A stretch of DNA of 64,000 nt from Cyanobacteria bacterium CYA (GTDB lineage: Bacteria; Planctomycetota; Phycisphaerae; Phycisphaerales; UBA1924), in NCBI GenBank assembly GCA_008363215.1, contig RHKP01000007.1, positions 113,713 to 177,712 on the forward strand, in the 5' to 3' direction. The number at the start of each line of letters is the position of its first letter. The first letter of the stretch is position 1. The position numbers and the translations under genes are program-made. Positions 1 to 9,152 of this stretch are shown here, one piece after another. Under the pieces are notes generated by a model. It was not told where the DNA came from and searched no databases. It saw only the letters and a program-made list of their open reading frames with translations.

Positions 1-66
1 CTTGATCTGGTCGCGGTTCTTGAGCAGCCCGGCCACTGCCCCCATCATCTTCAGTTGATCGAACAA
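1..66 (-). CDS. ybaB: YbaB/EbfC-family nucleoid-associated protein, N-terminal fragment running off the window
   Basis: Minus-strand reading from TTG at 66-64 gives MFDQLKMMGAVAGLLKNRDQIK, a typical YbaB/EbfC N-terminus. It starts 1 nt after the dnaX-tau stop (70-68), which is the conserved dnaX-ybaB order. Confidence 0.6.
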   Translation of the reverse strand, partial: MFDQLKMMGAVAGLLKNRDQIK

Positions 67-67
67 C

Positions 68-598
68 TCATCCTCGCTTTCCTCGCGGCTGGACGCTCTT
101 GGGCGTCGCACCGAACAAACTCGCCACTTCCTTGACCAGCGGATGCTCCAACTCCGCGTCGGTGCTCGTGCGCAGCACGGGAGCCTGCGACTGGGACTCC
201 GCGGCCTCGCCGTCATCGGCCAGTCGCAGTGACGGGCCGCGGATACCCAGCGCCCGTTCGAACACCGGTCGCAGTTCGTTCAGATGAGCCTCAACCATGG
301 CGCGCTGCGAGGGGTCGGCATGCAACTCAAACTCGTCGCTTCCGACCTGCTCAACGCGCACCCGCGCAAGCATCGTCCGCAGCCGCGGCCCGCAGACCGA
401 GGCGAGTTGCTCGACCAGACTCATCGCCCCCGCACAAGGGGTGCCCTCCGCGTCATGCGGCGCAGGAACGGCCGGCCCGTCGGGCTCAGGAGGAGGGCGC
501 CGCAGCGCAGACGCGGCGGCCGAAGGACGCACACGGGGCACTACGGGCTCTTCAAGGGGCGGAGCCGACGTACTCCGGTCCGCCCCTAGCGTTTTTTT
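68..598 (-). CDS. dnaX: dnaX tau-specific C-terminal region, readable only in the -1 frame from the A7 run
   Basis: I translated the -1 frame by hand from 598 down to 541 (KKTLGADRSTSAPPLKSPV) and found it open. It joins the 68..541 ORF. That ORF ends ...EHPLVKEVASLFGATPKSV, which resembles the conserved DnaX C-terminus (PLV..a...FgG). Confidence 0.75.
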   Translation of the reverse strand, partial: KKTLGADRSTSAPPLEEPVVPRVRPSAAASALRRPPPEPDGPAVPAPHDAEGTPCAGAMSLVEQLASVCGPRLRTMLARVRVEQVGSDEFELHADPSQRAMVEAHLNELRPVFERALGIRGPSLRLADDGEAAESQSQAPVLRTSTDAELEHPLVKEVASLFGATPKSVQPRGKRG

Positions 599-610
599 GC
601 CGGTGCCTCC
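556..610 (-). promoter_or_regulatory. Candidate programmed -1 ribosomal frameshift / transcriptional slippage cassette in dnaX
   Basis: On the mRNA strand the order is GGAGG (606-610), 7 nt, A AAA AAA (598-592), then CGC TAG. A hairpin GGGGCGGACCG-loop-CGGCTCCGCCCC (586-556) begins about 5 nt after the slippery run. Confidence 0.6.
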
Positions 611-1722
611 GGACCTCGCGGCGAGCCGGCCGCCAGCGCCGCCGCGTCGGCAAACGTTTCCGACAGCGCCAGTCGCACCAGGGCCGCCTCCACCAGCGCC
701 TTCGGGGCCGCCGACGTGCGAAGCATCCGCTGCACGGCGTCGCAGATCGCGATCATGTGCACAATCGCCCCGGCGTCAAACTTTTTCGCCCGCTCGGCTT
801 CTTCCCGGCGCATCTCCCCGGTCAGTTCGACCAGATCGGTCTTCGGTCCGCAGGCCGACAGCACCATCAGGTCGCGCAGGCGCTCAGTCAGCGACTCGAG
901 GAACAGGTCAGGCCCCGAGCCGCGCCCGAGCAGTTCATCGCCCGCCTGGAGCACACCGGGCACGTCCCCGACTGCAATCGCGTCGATCAGCGAGCCCATC
1001 AACTTGCGATCGGGCAGTCCAAGCAGGTCTTCGAGCAGCGCGAGCGTGAGTTTCTTCTCTCCCGCAGCGATCACCCGATCCAGCAGGCTCAGCGCGTCGC
1101 GCATCGAGCCGTTGCCCAGACGCGCGATCTCATGCACCAGTTCGGGCTCGGCCTTGAGACCCTCCTGCCCAACCACGGCCGAGAGATGCTCGGCGATCTT
1201 GGCGACGGGGATGTTGCGAAAGTCAAAACGCTGACAACGGCTCTGGATGGTGGCCGGCACCTTGTGCGCTTCGGTCGTGCACAGCACGAACTTGACGTGC
1301 TCGGGCGGCTCTTCCATGGTCTTGAGCAGCGCGTTGAACGCAGCGGTGGAGAGCATGTGCACTTCGTCGATGATGTAGACCTTGTAAGGCCCGCGCATGG
1401 GCAGGTAGTTGGCATTGGCGATCAGTTCGCGGGCGTGATCGACCCCGGTGTTGCTGGCTGCGTCGATCTCGATCACGTCGGTGTCCTGCCCGCTCATGAT
1501 CGCCTTGGCGATCTCCGGGTGGTCGTCCGCGTGGTTGAGCGCCTTGGCGAATATCCGCGCGATGGAGGTCTTGCCCACCCCGCGCGTCCCGCAGAACAGG
1601 TAGGCGTGGGCCACGCGGTCCTGCTCAATGGCCGCCCGCAGGGTGCGCGCAATGGCCTCCTGCCCGACGACCTGGTCAAAACTGGTGGAGCGGTATCGAC
1701 GTGCCAGAACGGTGTAGGCCAT
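586..1722 (-). CDS. dnaX: DNA polymerase III subunit gamma/tau, zero-frame product (gamma-like, 378 aa)
   Basis: The N-terminus MAYTVLARRYRSTSFDQVVGQEAI...CGTRGVGKTSIARIFAKALN has the Walker A motif. YIIDEVHML is the Walker B/DEXX motif and the TIQSRCQRFDF sensor is present. The ORF ends ...PAKKR-TAG directly after an A7 run. Confidence 0.95.
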   Translation of the reverse strand: MAYTVLARRYRSTSFDQVVGQEAIARTLRAAIEQDRVAHAYLFCGTRGVGKTSIARIFAKALNHADDHPEIAKAIMSGQDTDVIEIDAASNTGVDHARELIANANYLPMRGPYKVYIIDEVHMLSTAAFNALLKTMEEPPEHVKFVLCTTEAHKVPATIQSRCQRFDFRNIPVAKIAEHLSAVVGQEGLKAEPELVHEIARLGNGSMRDALSLLDRVIAAGEKKLTLALLEDLLGLPDRKLMGSLIDAIAVGDVPGVLQAGDELLGRGSGPDLFLESLTERLRDLMVLSACGPKTDLVELTGEMRREEAERAKKFDAGAIVHMIAICDAVQRMLRTSAAPKALVEAALVRLALSETFADAAALAAGSPRGPEAPAKKR

Positions 1723-1751
1723 GCGGGGCGATTCTAGCGGGCACCCGGGCT

Positions 1752-2285
1752 TCAGCCCCCCAGTTCCAATTCGATGGACTCCCCGTCATCCTCCGTTTCG
1801 GCCTCTTCGCTCCCGGATTCGATCTTGGTCTGGTTCAGGGCACTCACGCCCGTCCCGTTGACCGCGTTGTAAAGGGCGACGTTGGCCCCAGCGGTGCCCA
1901 GGTTGGCCACGCGGGCACGCACCTGCCCGTTGTCCCGGTTGTACCAGTAGGCGGCCTTGCCCGCGCCCGTCACCTTGATCGTCGGCTCGGTGACGTCCGC
2001 CCCGGCGTTGACAGACTGAATACCCCTGGGAGAGGTCCCGTCGTACGGGTTCGGCGGTATTCGCCCCCCCATGAACCAGTTGGGGTCGATCGTGCCCGGC
2101 CACGAGCCCTCCAGCCCTTGGTACTCGATCACCCGTTCCTGCATGGCACGCACCGACGACGCGGCGGCCTGCACCTTGGACCCGGCGGCAAACCCGCTCA
2201 GTCGCGGTATGGCGATCGCCGCAATGACCCCGACGATCACCACGACCACGACCAGTTCAAGCAGACTGAACGCGCTTGCCTTCAT
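1752..2285 (-). CDS. Prepilin-type N-terminal cleavage/methylation domain protein (type IV pilin / T2SS pseudopilin-like)
   Basis: Internal ATG at 2285 gives MKASAFSLLELVVVVVIVGVIAAIAIP, the class III signal with F at +1 and E at +5. The upstream 35 codons of the track ORF look non-coding. Confidence 0.85.
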   Translation of the reverse strand: MKASAFSLLELVVVVVIVGVIAAIAIPRLSGFAAGSKVQAAASSVRAMQERVIEYQGLEGSWPGTIDPNWFMGGRIPPNPYDGTSPRGIQSVNAGADVTEPTIKVTGAGKAAYWYNRDNGQVRARVANLGTAGANVALYNAVNGTGVSALNQTKIESGSEEAETEDDGESIELELGG

Positions 2286-2710
2286 CGCAACCCAATGAGA
2301 ACATCGGAATTCCGCGTCCGCCGCTGCACGCACCGCGCCGGGCGCATCGCCCGCACAGGCGTCGCAGTCGGCGCACGCGTCACAGACCACACCCGCACCA
2401 CGCTCGCCCGATCCGCAGCCACAGCAGAAGCCGCTCGCGGCTCAAGGCCTTGAACAGCGCGTGCGAGTGGAAGACGGCCTCGTCAAATCCGATTTGTCGG
2501 TGCTTGAATCACGCCCGGCAGGGAGGTACCCCACACCGGCGCCGTGGAACTGCGAACAAACACTCCGGCCGCGGACGGCGTGGAACAGGGCGGGAACGGT
2601 CGATGGTGCCGGGCGCCGCAGGGCGGTAGGCTGTGGGGAAGCCACAAAGAGGCGGACACGGAAGAGCGGTATTCTACAGCACGCGAGGGAGCATCAGCAA
2701 AGGAGCGGAC

Positions 2711-4123
2711 ATGGGAGCATTGGCCATCGGCGTCATGGGATTGCTTGCAGGCGCGGCTGCGGCCGGAGACGGGCTGCTCATCGTCGCGCCTCAGTCGCTG
2801 GCCGACGGGCTCGGGGAGTTTGTCGCGTTCAAGAAGGAGCGCCTGCCGACGGAACTGGTGGTGCTCGAAGACGTGCTGGCCAGGAGCGAGGGCGCCGATG
2901 ACCCGGAAAAGGTGAAGCGCTATCTGCATGAGCGCTGGAGCCGCGGTGAGGTGGAGTACGTGCTGTTGGTCGGCGACGCCGATGTGATGCCGGTGCGCTA
3001 CATGACGCTCGACCGCGTGACCGAGCCCGCGTTTCACTACGCCTTCTACCCAAGCGATCTGTACTACGCCGACGTGGCCAGGGTGGATGGCTCGTTCGAG
3101 AGTTGGAACGCGCAGGCCGAGGACTTTCACGCGGGCTACTTTGGCGAGGTGCGGGGCGAGCACTTCAAGGACGACCCGATCAACTATGACGCGATCGACT
3201 ATCGGCCCGAGTTGAGTGTGGGGCGGTGGCCGGTGAGCACGCCTGAGAGCCTGGCGCTGCTCTGTGCGAAGACGATGCGCTACGAGCGCGGCGTCGAGGC
3301 GGCCCGCCCCGCGCCCGCAAAGAGTGCCAACGACGCAGCGACGGCCACGTCAGGCAGCAGCGGATCCCCGGAGAAGACCTGGCCCGCCACCGCCGGGCTG
3401 GTGATGGTGGGCGGGTGGATCGATGCACGCCCGCAGTTCGAGCACCTGCGCGATGCGCTTGATGAGCGCTTCAAGGTCGAACGGCGCTACTACGAAGGTG
3501 CGGCCTACGGAGTTCCCGAGCCGAGCGCCGAGCAGATCGTCGGGCTGCTCAACGACGGCGTCGGGCTGCTGGTGCACGCCGGACATGGGAGCGATGATTC
3601 GTGGGACCAGTGCATCGCCACGGGGCACCTGCCGCAATTGAACAACGCTGATCAACTGGCAGTCGTGATCTCGGCCGGTTGTTCGACTGCACGCTTCGCG
3701 ACGCTGCCCCCGTACGAGGCGTATGAGGATGTGCATGGCGCTGAGCACGCGGGGACGAACAACGGAGAGGTGTTCAGCCGGCCGCCGCCGGCGCCGGCGG
3801 TGTACGCACGCGGAAAGTACAACCTGACCGGCCTGGGCGAGCAGTTGGTGGTGGGCGGGCAGGGGGGCGCGGTGGCGTACATCGGCTGCAACACGGGCAG
3901 CCAGCCGTGCGGCCTGACGCTGGTGAACGGGTTCGTCGAAGCCGCAGGCACGCTGGATCGCCCGCGACTGGGTGACTGCTGGCGCTTCGCAGTGTCGCAA
4001 TACTACATCCGCGAGAACCTGTCGACGATCGTGCCGGACGAAGGGTGGTACCCGGCGAGCATCTTCTTTCAGGCCATGAAGTTCATGGTGTTCGGCGATC
4101 CGAGCGTGCCTGTGGGCTTGTAG
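2711..4123 (+). CDS. Secreted peptidase C25 (gingipain)-like cysteine protease
   Basis: ATG at 2711 is preceded by AAGGAG and followed by the signal-like MGALAIGVMGLLAGAAAAG. LLVHAGHGSDDSW and VVISAGCSTARF match the His/Cys dyad context of family C25. Confidence 0.7.
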   Translation: MGALAIGVMGLLAGAAAAGDGLLIVAPQSLADGLGEFVAFKKERLPTELVVLEDVLARSEGADDPEKVKRYLHERWSRGEVEYVLLVGDADVMPVRYMTLDRVTEPAFHYAFYPSDLYYADVARVDGSFESWNAQAEDFHAGYFGEVRGEHFKDDPINYDAIDYRPELSVGRWPVSTPESLALLCAKTMRYERGVEAARPAPAKSANDAATATSGSSGSPEKTWPATAGLVMVGGWIDARPQFEHLRDALDERFKVERRYYEGAAYGVPEPSAEQIVGLLNDGVGLLVHAGHGSDDSWDQCIATGHLPQLNNADQLAVVISAGCSTARFATLPPYEAYEDVHGAEHAGTNNGEVFSRPPPAPAVYARGKYNLTGLGEQLVVGGQGGAVAYIGCNTGSQPCGLTLVNGFVEAAGTLDRPRLGDCWRFAVSQYYIRENLSTIVPDEGWYPASIFFQAMKFMVFGDPSVPVGL

Positions 4124-4213
4124 AGCGAGCCGGTGGTGCCCAGGCAGCGTCAGACCGCGCCGGTACGGGCAGGGTCGCGTTGAGTTGTGCGCAGCAGGCC
4201 GGCGCGGAGATGC

Positions 4214-4438
4214 TCAGCCCGCGAACTTGTGCAGCAGTTTCCATCCCCCGAGCACGCCGCCCGAGAGAATCCACAGCAGCCCGACGGAGTGGATGCACAG
4301 CGGGAGGACCGAGAGGGCCAGTCCGACGAGGATGGCCGTGAGTTCCTGCTGCTTCTTGCCCCAGAGGAAGATGCCCAGACCGACCGATCCGAGGATCAGC
4401 CCGGAGAGCACGAGGGACATGGACATGTCGTCGATCAT
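4214..4438 (-). CDS. Small integral membrane protein (2-3 predicted TM helices), family not recognised
   Basis: The 74-aa ORF has the hydrophobic segments SLVLSGLILGSVGLGIFLW, AILVGLALSVLPLCI and VGLLWILSGGVLGGW. Confidence 0.55.
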   Translation of the reverse strand: MIDDMSMSLVLSGLILGSVGLGIFLWGKKQQELTAILVGLALSVLPLCIHSVGLLWILSGGVLGGWKLLHKFAG

Positions 4439-4632
4439 GATGAATCTCCCGCTTCAGATCATCGGGTGATGCCCGGTGGCGCGTGGGCCCGTCCGTCACG
4501 GATCACCGTCAGCGAGCAGAGTCTGCGGCGATTGCAGCGCCCCTGCGGGGCGGTGTCGCGTCCGAGAAGTGGACGCACCTGCGCGGCGCGCGTCGCTTAG
4601 ACTCTCGTGTGATCTTGCGGGAGGAGTGTGTT

Positions 4633-5550
4633 ATGCGCGTCGCACTGACGGGAGTGAGCGGGTTCATCGGGTCGACGATTGCGCGGCATCTTGTCAAGGC
4701 CGGTCACACCGTCTCCGGGCTCCTGCGCGAGACAAGCACACGCGATCACATCCGCCCGCTGGTCGAGCGGCTGGTGGTGGGTGATCAGGCCGATGAGACC
4801 CTGTGGCCCGAACTGCTCGACGGATGTGATGCGGTGATCCATAACTCGGTGGACTGGGGCCCGATCCGCGGGGGACACGAGCAGAAAGGCGGGCTGCGGA
4901 CGCACTACAAGGAAAACCTGGTCGGTTCGATGCGCCTGCTCGATCTGAGCCACCCCAGGCAGTTCATCTATGTCAGTTCGATCGCCGTACACCATGACAT
5001 GAGCCCGCGCTGGCGCGGCAAGCCCGATGAGGACCACCCGCTGCGCCCGGGCAACGTGTATGGGGCGTTCAAGGCCGCCGTCGAGGCGCACCTGTGGGCC
5101 GATCACTTCTCACGCGGGCGGCACACCAGCGCCATCCGCCCGTGCGCGGTCTACGGCATGGACCCCAAACTCGATCGCTCGCACGGGTTCGCGATCGTGC
5201 GCCAGTTGATCGAGGAGCGAAAGTACAACAAGTCAGGCGGCGGCAAGTTCGTCCACGTCGACGACGTGGCGACCGCGGCGGTGGCGCTGCTCGGCAACAA
5301 GGACGCAGCCGGACATGCCTACAACCTGGCCGACTGTTACGCGCGGTGGAGCGACTGGGCGAAAATGGCCGCAGAGATCCTGCAGATTCGCCCGGAGATC
5401 ACGGTAAGCAGCCCCGCCGAGCCTGAGAACACCTTCGACAAGTCGGCGGCCGCGACACTCGGGGTGAAACTCAACCGCGGGCGCGAGGGGATCTACAAGC
5501 ACCTCGAGCAGTTGATCGCGGAGATGACGCGGCTGGGGCTGACGAAATAG
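4633..5550 (+). CDS. NAD-dependent epimerase/dehydratase family protein
   Basis: ATG at 4633 follows GGAGGAG. MRVALTGVSGFIGSTIARHL is the Rossmann GxxGxxG motif and YGAFKAAVE is the YxxxK motif. Confidence 0.9.
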   Translation: MRVALTGVSGFIGSTIARHLVKAGHTVSGLLRETSTRDHIRPLVERLVVGDQADETLWPELLDGCDAVIHNSVDWGPIRGGHEQKGGLRTHYKENLVGSMRLLDLSHPRQFIYVSSIAVHHDMSPRWRGKPDEDHPLRPGNVYGAFKAAVEAHLWADHFSRGRHTSAIRPCAVYGMDPKLDRSHGFAIVRQLIEERKYNKSGGGKFVHVDDVATAAVALLGNKDAAGHAYNLADCYARWSDWAKMAAEILQIRPEITVSSPAEPENTFDKSAAATLGVKLNRGREGIYKHLEQLIAEMTRLGLTK

Positions 5551-5688
5551 CACGGCACGCAGTCAACGAGCCCCGGCCGCGGGAGAGGGGTTCGACCTGT
5601 CCGCAAGCGACCGCTCCCCCACGGTCGCGGCTCAGTTCAGAGAAGGTGGATCAAGCGGACCGCGCCCGGTGGCCGATGTCACTGGGGC

Positions 5689-6732
5689 ATGGTCAAGTAC
5701 ATCGGGTCCAAGCGGGTGCTGGTGCCGCGGATTGTGGAGATCGTGCGGTCGCTCGACGGCGTGCGGACCGTGTTCGACGCCTTCAGCGGGACGTCGCGCG
5801 TGGGGCACGCGCTCAAGCGTGCCGGGTACCGGGTGATCGCCAACGACCTGCTGAGTTTCGCGCACACCCTGGCAACCTGCTACGTGCAGGCCGACCGCGA
5901 GCGGGTGGAGCGCGACACCGAGCGGGTGATCGGTGAACTGAACGCCCTGCCCGGGCGGGCGGGGTACGTGACCGAGGTGTTCTGCAAGCAGTCGCGGTTC
6001 TTTCAGCCGCAGAATGGCGAGCGGATCGACGCCATGCGCGACCGGATCGAGCAGTTGGACCTGCCGCACGAGGTGCGCGCGGTGGCCCTGACCAGCCTGC
6101 TGGAGGCGGCCGACCGCGTCGATTCGACGACGGGCGTGCAGATGGCGTATGTGAAGCAGTGGGCGCCGCGGTCGTTCAACCCGATCGAGTTGCGGATGCC
6201 CGAAGTCTTGCCGCGGGCCGGGGCAGGCGCGGGGCAGGCGCTGATGTTCGACGCACGCGAGGCGGCGCGGCGCGTGCGCGCCGATCTGGCCTACCTCGAC
6301 CCTCCTTATAACCAGCACAGTTACCTGGGCAACTACCACCTGTGGGAGACCATCACGCGGTGGGACAGGCCCGAGCACTACGGCGTGGCCTGCAAGAGGG
6401 TGGATTGTCGGCAGCGCCGCAGTGATTTCAACTCCAAGGTACGGGCAGAAGCGGCGCTGCAGAGCGTGATCGACGCGATCGACGCACGCTGGATGCTGGT
6501 GTCATTCAACGATGAAGGCTACATCGCGCGCGGGCAAATGGAGGAGTTGCTCGGCAAGCGCGGGCGCGTGCGCACCGTCGAGTGCGCGTACAAACGATAC
6601 GTGGGCGCAAAGATCGGGATTCACAACCCGCAGGGCACGAAGGTGGGCACGGTGGGGCGATTGGAAAACACGGAGTTCCTGTTCCTCGTGGGCCCGATGA
6701 CGCGGGCGCAACAGATGGCCGTGGTGGCGTGA
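5689..6732 (+). CDS. D12-class N6-adenine DNA methyltransferase (Dam-like), no adjacent endonuclease
   Basis: KYIGSKR at the N-terminus, DAFSGTSRVG (FxGxG AdoMet motif) and LAYLDPPYN (DPPY catalytic motif). Confidence 0.9.
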   Translation: MVKYIGSKRVLVPRIVEIVRSLDGVRTVFDAFSGTSRVGHALKRAGYRVIANDLLSFAHTLATCYVQADRERVERDTERVIGELNALPGRAGYVTEVFCKQSRFFQPQNGERIDAMRDRIEQLDLPHEVRAVALTSLLEAADRVDSTTGVQMAYVKQWAPRSFNPIELRMPEVLPRAGAGAGQALMFDAREAARRVRADLAYLDPPYNQHSYLGNYHLWETITRWDRPEHYGVACKRVDCRQRRSDFNSKVRAEAALQSVIDAIDARWMLVSFNDEGYIARGQMEELLGKRGRVRTVECAYKRYVGAKIGIHNPQGTKVGTVGRLENTEFLFLVGPMTRAQQMAVVA

Positions 6733-7029
6733 GCGCCCGCAACACGTGCCGACAACACGCGCCGGCAACAGGTGCCGCCACACTTGGCTCTGCAAGGTTG
6801 CTGCTTCAGTTGGAAGCCGGCCGCCCGGCTCTACGGGCAGCCCGCGGAGAACCGCGCCAGATAAATCTGTACGTCGAAAAAGTTGAAAGCGGCACCGGCG
6901 AGCAAGCCGACGGAATGCAGCGATCTCATGGCAACTCCCCTTCGTCACCCCACGAGAAAAACCCATGCGAACGCATTTCAGGTCACGGCCGAAGAGCCGG
7001 AATTCGAATGGTGGGAACTGCAGGCGGGG

Positions 7030-8127
7030 TTATTGCAGCGGCTGCACGTCGCTCGGCGGGTCAACGGTAAAGAGAACCGGCAGGAAGTATCCGCGGCCTT
7101 TGGCGGCGTAGACGCGCCCCGACACGGTCATCGTCATGCTGCGGGCGGTGCCGGCGCGGGCTTCCATGCGCATGAGGGTGCGCCCGGGGATGACCACCAG
7201 CGGCGCATCGCCGAGGCTCTGCGTGTCGTTGTCAAAGGTGAGCGCCCATTCGCCGCCCGAGAGCCGTTCCAGCCGGGCCCGGCGCTGCGCGATGTACGAG
7301 CCGTCGGGAAGCAACGGCGGGTTGCCCGCCGGAGCCACATCCTCGTTGGCGTTGTGCGCACGGTCGGCCGCAAGCAGACGCTCCCGCAGCACGTCGTTGC
7401 GGCGCGTGCCGGCGCGCGCGGCGCCCTGCAAATCGGCGATGAGGTCGGCCACCTCGGTCGGCGGCTGGGGTGTGCTTTCAGGCACGCCGGCGCTCTGGCC
7501 GGGTGTCGCAGCGCTGTCGCCCGGAGAAGCCGCGCCCTCCGGTGAATCCGGCGCCTGCTGCCGTCGCGTGTAGTCGGTCAGAAGCAGGTAGTTGTGATCG
7601 TGATACAGCAGCGTCCGCCCGGAGACGTTGACCGAGGCGGGCACCGGCTGCGACTCAAGCGAGGCCGCGAGCCGATCGAGCGTCTGGTTGGGCGCGAGGA
7701 TCATCGCCCCCTCTCCCGGTACGCGCCCCTCCGGATCGGGCAGGAAGATCCACATCCCGCCGGGCCCGGGCCAGAGTTGACCCGGACGCGTGTTCAGGAA
7801 AATGCCCTCGGGCAGACGCGCTGGTCGCGGCAGTTCAGTCTGCCGGACCGCCAGCCCCGCAAGCCAGTCTTGCCCCCCGGTCAGCCCGGGCTGGACCGGC
7901 TCAAGCGGGTCCGAGGCCACCGGACGAATGGGAGGAGCCTCCTGCGTCATCCGCGGAAGCCCGAGGGACGCCCGAACCGCCGGATCGGTGACGACACCAG
8001 TGTCGGTCGGTGGATCGGACCGCGTCCCGTCCGCCGGTGCTTCGCTCCGGTCGATGGGATCGGCGTCCTGTGCCCACAGTAAGGGAGTCAGCACAAGCCC
8101 GATCGTGATGACGCCGATTCGCAGCAT
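7030..8127 (-). CDS. Secreted hypothetical protein with two related internal domains
   Basis: ATG at 8127 has a GGAG 8 nt upstream and the signal-like MLRIGVITIGLVLTPLLWAQ. Coding-like composition holds throughout. The upstream 70 codons of the track ORF were discarded. Confidence 0.75.
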   Translation of the reverse strand: MLRIGVITIGLVLTPLLWAQDADPIDRSEAPADGTRSDPPTDTGVVTDPAVRASLGLPRMTQEAPPIRPVASDPLEPVQPGLTGGQDWLAGLAVRQTELPRPARLPEGIFLNTRPGQLWPGPGGMWIFLPDPEGRVPGEGAMILAPNQTLDRLAASLESQPVPASVNVSGRTLLYHDHNYLLLTDYTRRQQAPDSPEGAASPGDSAATPGQSAGVPESTPQPPTEVADLIADLQGAARAGTRRNDVLRERLLAADRAHNANEDVAPAGNPPLLPDGSYIAQRRARLERLSGGEWALTFDNDTQSLGDAPLVVIPGRTLMRMEARAGTARSMTMTVSGRVYAAKGRGYFLPVLFTVDPPSDVQPLQ

Positions 8128-8254
8128 GAGCCACTCCGCAGGAGTTTCGGCCGGGCGGGTGTGGGCGCTTGACTGGCACAGCATAGGAACCGACCCGCGC
8201 AAGGTTGAGCCGGCGCGGGTCGGGGATGATCGCTCGCAAGCGACCGCGGTGAAC

Positions 8255-8887
8255 TCACTGGCCGCGGTCGCGCTTCTTGCCGCCCTTGCGGTCGCCCCGA
8301 TCGCCCCTGCGTTCGCGCCGTTCAGGGCGGTCTTCACGCTCGGGCTTGATTCTCTCGCCGTTGGGGCCCTTCTCGATCAGGTTGCCCTCGTTGTCAAACT
8401 CCATCTCCTCGCGCTGATCGACCTGGATGTCGCGGTCGGGCACAACGTAGACCTTGACGGTGGCCTCAAGGTTGGACTCGAAGCGGACGTGCACGTCGTA
8501 GTTGTCGACGCGCTTGATCGTGCCGGGAAGACGGACCTCGCGCGGGCGGACGGGGAAGCCAAGCCCGGTGAGGGCCTCGGCCAGGTCGTTCTGCGTCACC
8601 GAGCCGTACAGGTGCCCCTGGTCGTTGCAGGCGCGGGTGAGGGTGATCTCCAGCCCGTCGAGTTTGCCGATGATGCCCTGACGGTGCTTGCGGAGTTCGG
8701 CCAGTTCCTTCTCAGCCGCCTTGCGCTTCTCGGCCAGGCTGGCCAGCAGTTCGTCGCTGGGCTGGGTGGCCAGCCCGCGGGGCAGCAGGAAGTTGCGGGC
8801 ATAGCCGAGGCGGACGTTGACCACGTCGCCGACGATGCCCAGGTTGTCAACATTCTCGGTGAGAAGCAGTTTGAGCGATTTCGCCAT
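8255..8887 (-). CDS. rplI: 50S ribosomal protein L9 with a charged C-terminal tail of roughly 60 aa
   Basis: MAKSLKLLLTENVDNLGIVGDVVNVRLGYARNFLLPRGLA is the canonical L9 N-domain. The tail reads ...PEREDRPERRERRGDRGDRKGGKKRDRGQ. Confidence 0.95.
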   Translation of the reverse strand: MAKSLKLLLTENVDNLGIVGDVVNVRLGYARNFLLPRGLATQPSDELLASLAEKRKAAEKELAELRKHRQGIIGKLDGLEITLTRACNDQGHLYGSVTQNDLAEALTGLGFPVRPREVRLPGTIKRVDNYDVHVRFESNLEATVKVYVVPDRDIQVDQREEMEFDNEGNLIEKGPNGERIKPEREDRPERRERRGDRGDRKGGKKRDRGQ

Positions 8888-9081
8888 GAGCAGAGCCTTT
8901 CGCTGTCCTGGACGTGGGTCGTGCGGGTGGCCGCAGTGGCTCAACGCGCCGGACCCAGGTCGAGTTGAGGAGCGCCCCCCCGCCGCGGCGCCCCAACGGG
9001 ATGTGGTTGGCGGGGCAGGACTGTAGGCGGGGGGAGGGCGGCGAGCCGGGGATGGGGGATTGGAGGTCGGCGCTGAACGCA

Positions 9082-9109
9082 GAAAGGGGCGGCTCGTGCC
9101 GCCCCTTTC
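9082..9109 (-). terminator. Strong hairpin downstream of the 9153..9806 gene (possible terminator)
   Basis: GAAAGGGGCGGC-tcgt-GCCGCCCCTTTC is a perfect 12-bp stem flanked by modestly T-rich sequence on both strands. Confidence 0.5.
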
Positions 9110-9152
9110 CTGCCTTGTTCTCATGCCCAGTGCCTCTTGCCCGGTGCCTTCC

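Noticed and set aside
229-1737. 502-aa + strand ORF (and nested ORFs) opposite dnaX
   Set aside because: It is a shadow ORF of dnaX with extreme Arg/Ala/Pro content.
1723-2710. Looked for an SRP RNA (ffs), which often precedes dnaX, and for other structured RNAs in the 425-bp divergent spacer
   Set aside because: No GGAAGCAGCC-type SRP domain-IV motif or other recognisable RNA signature was found.
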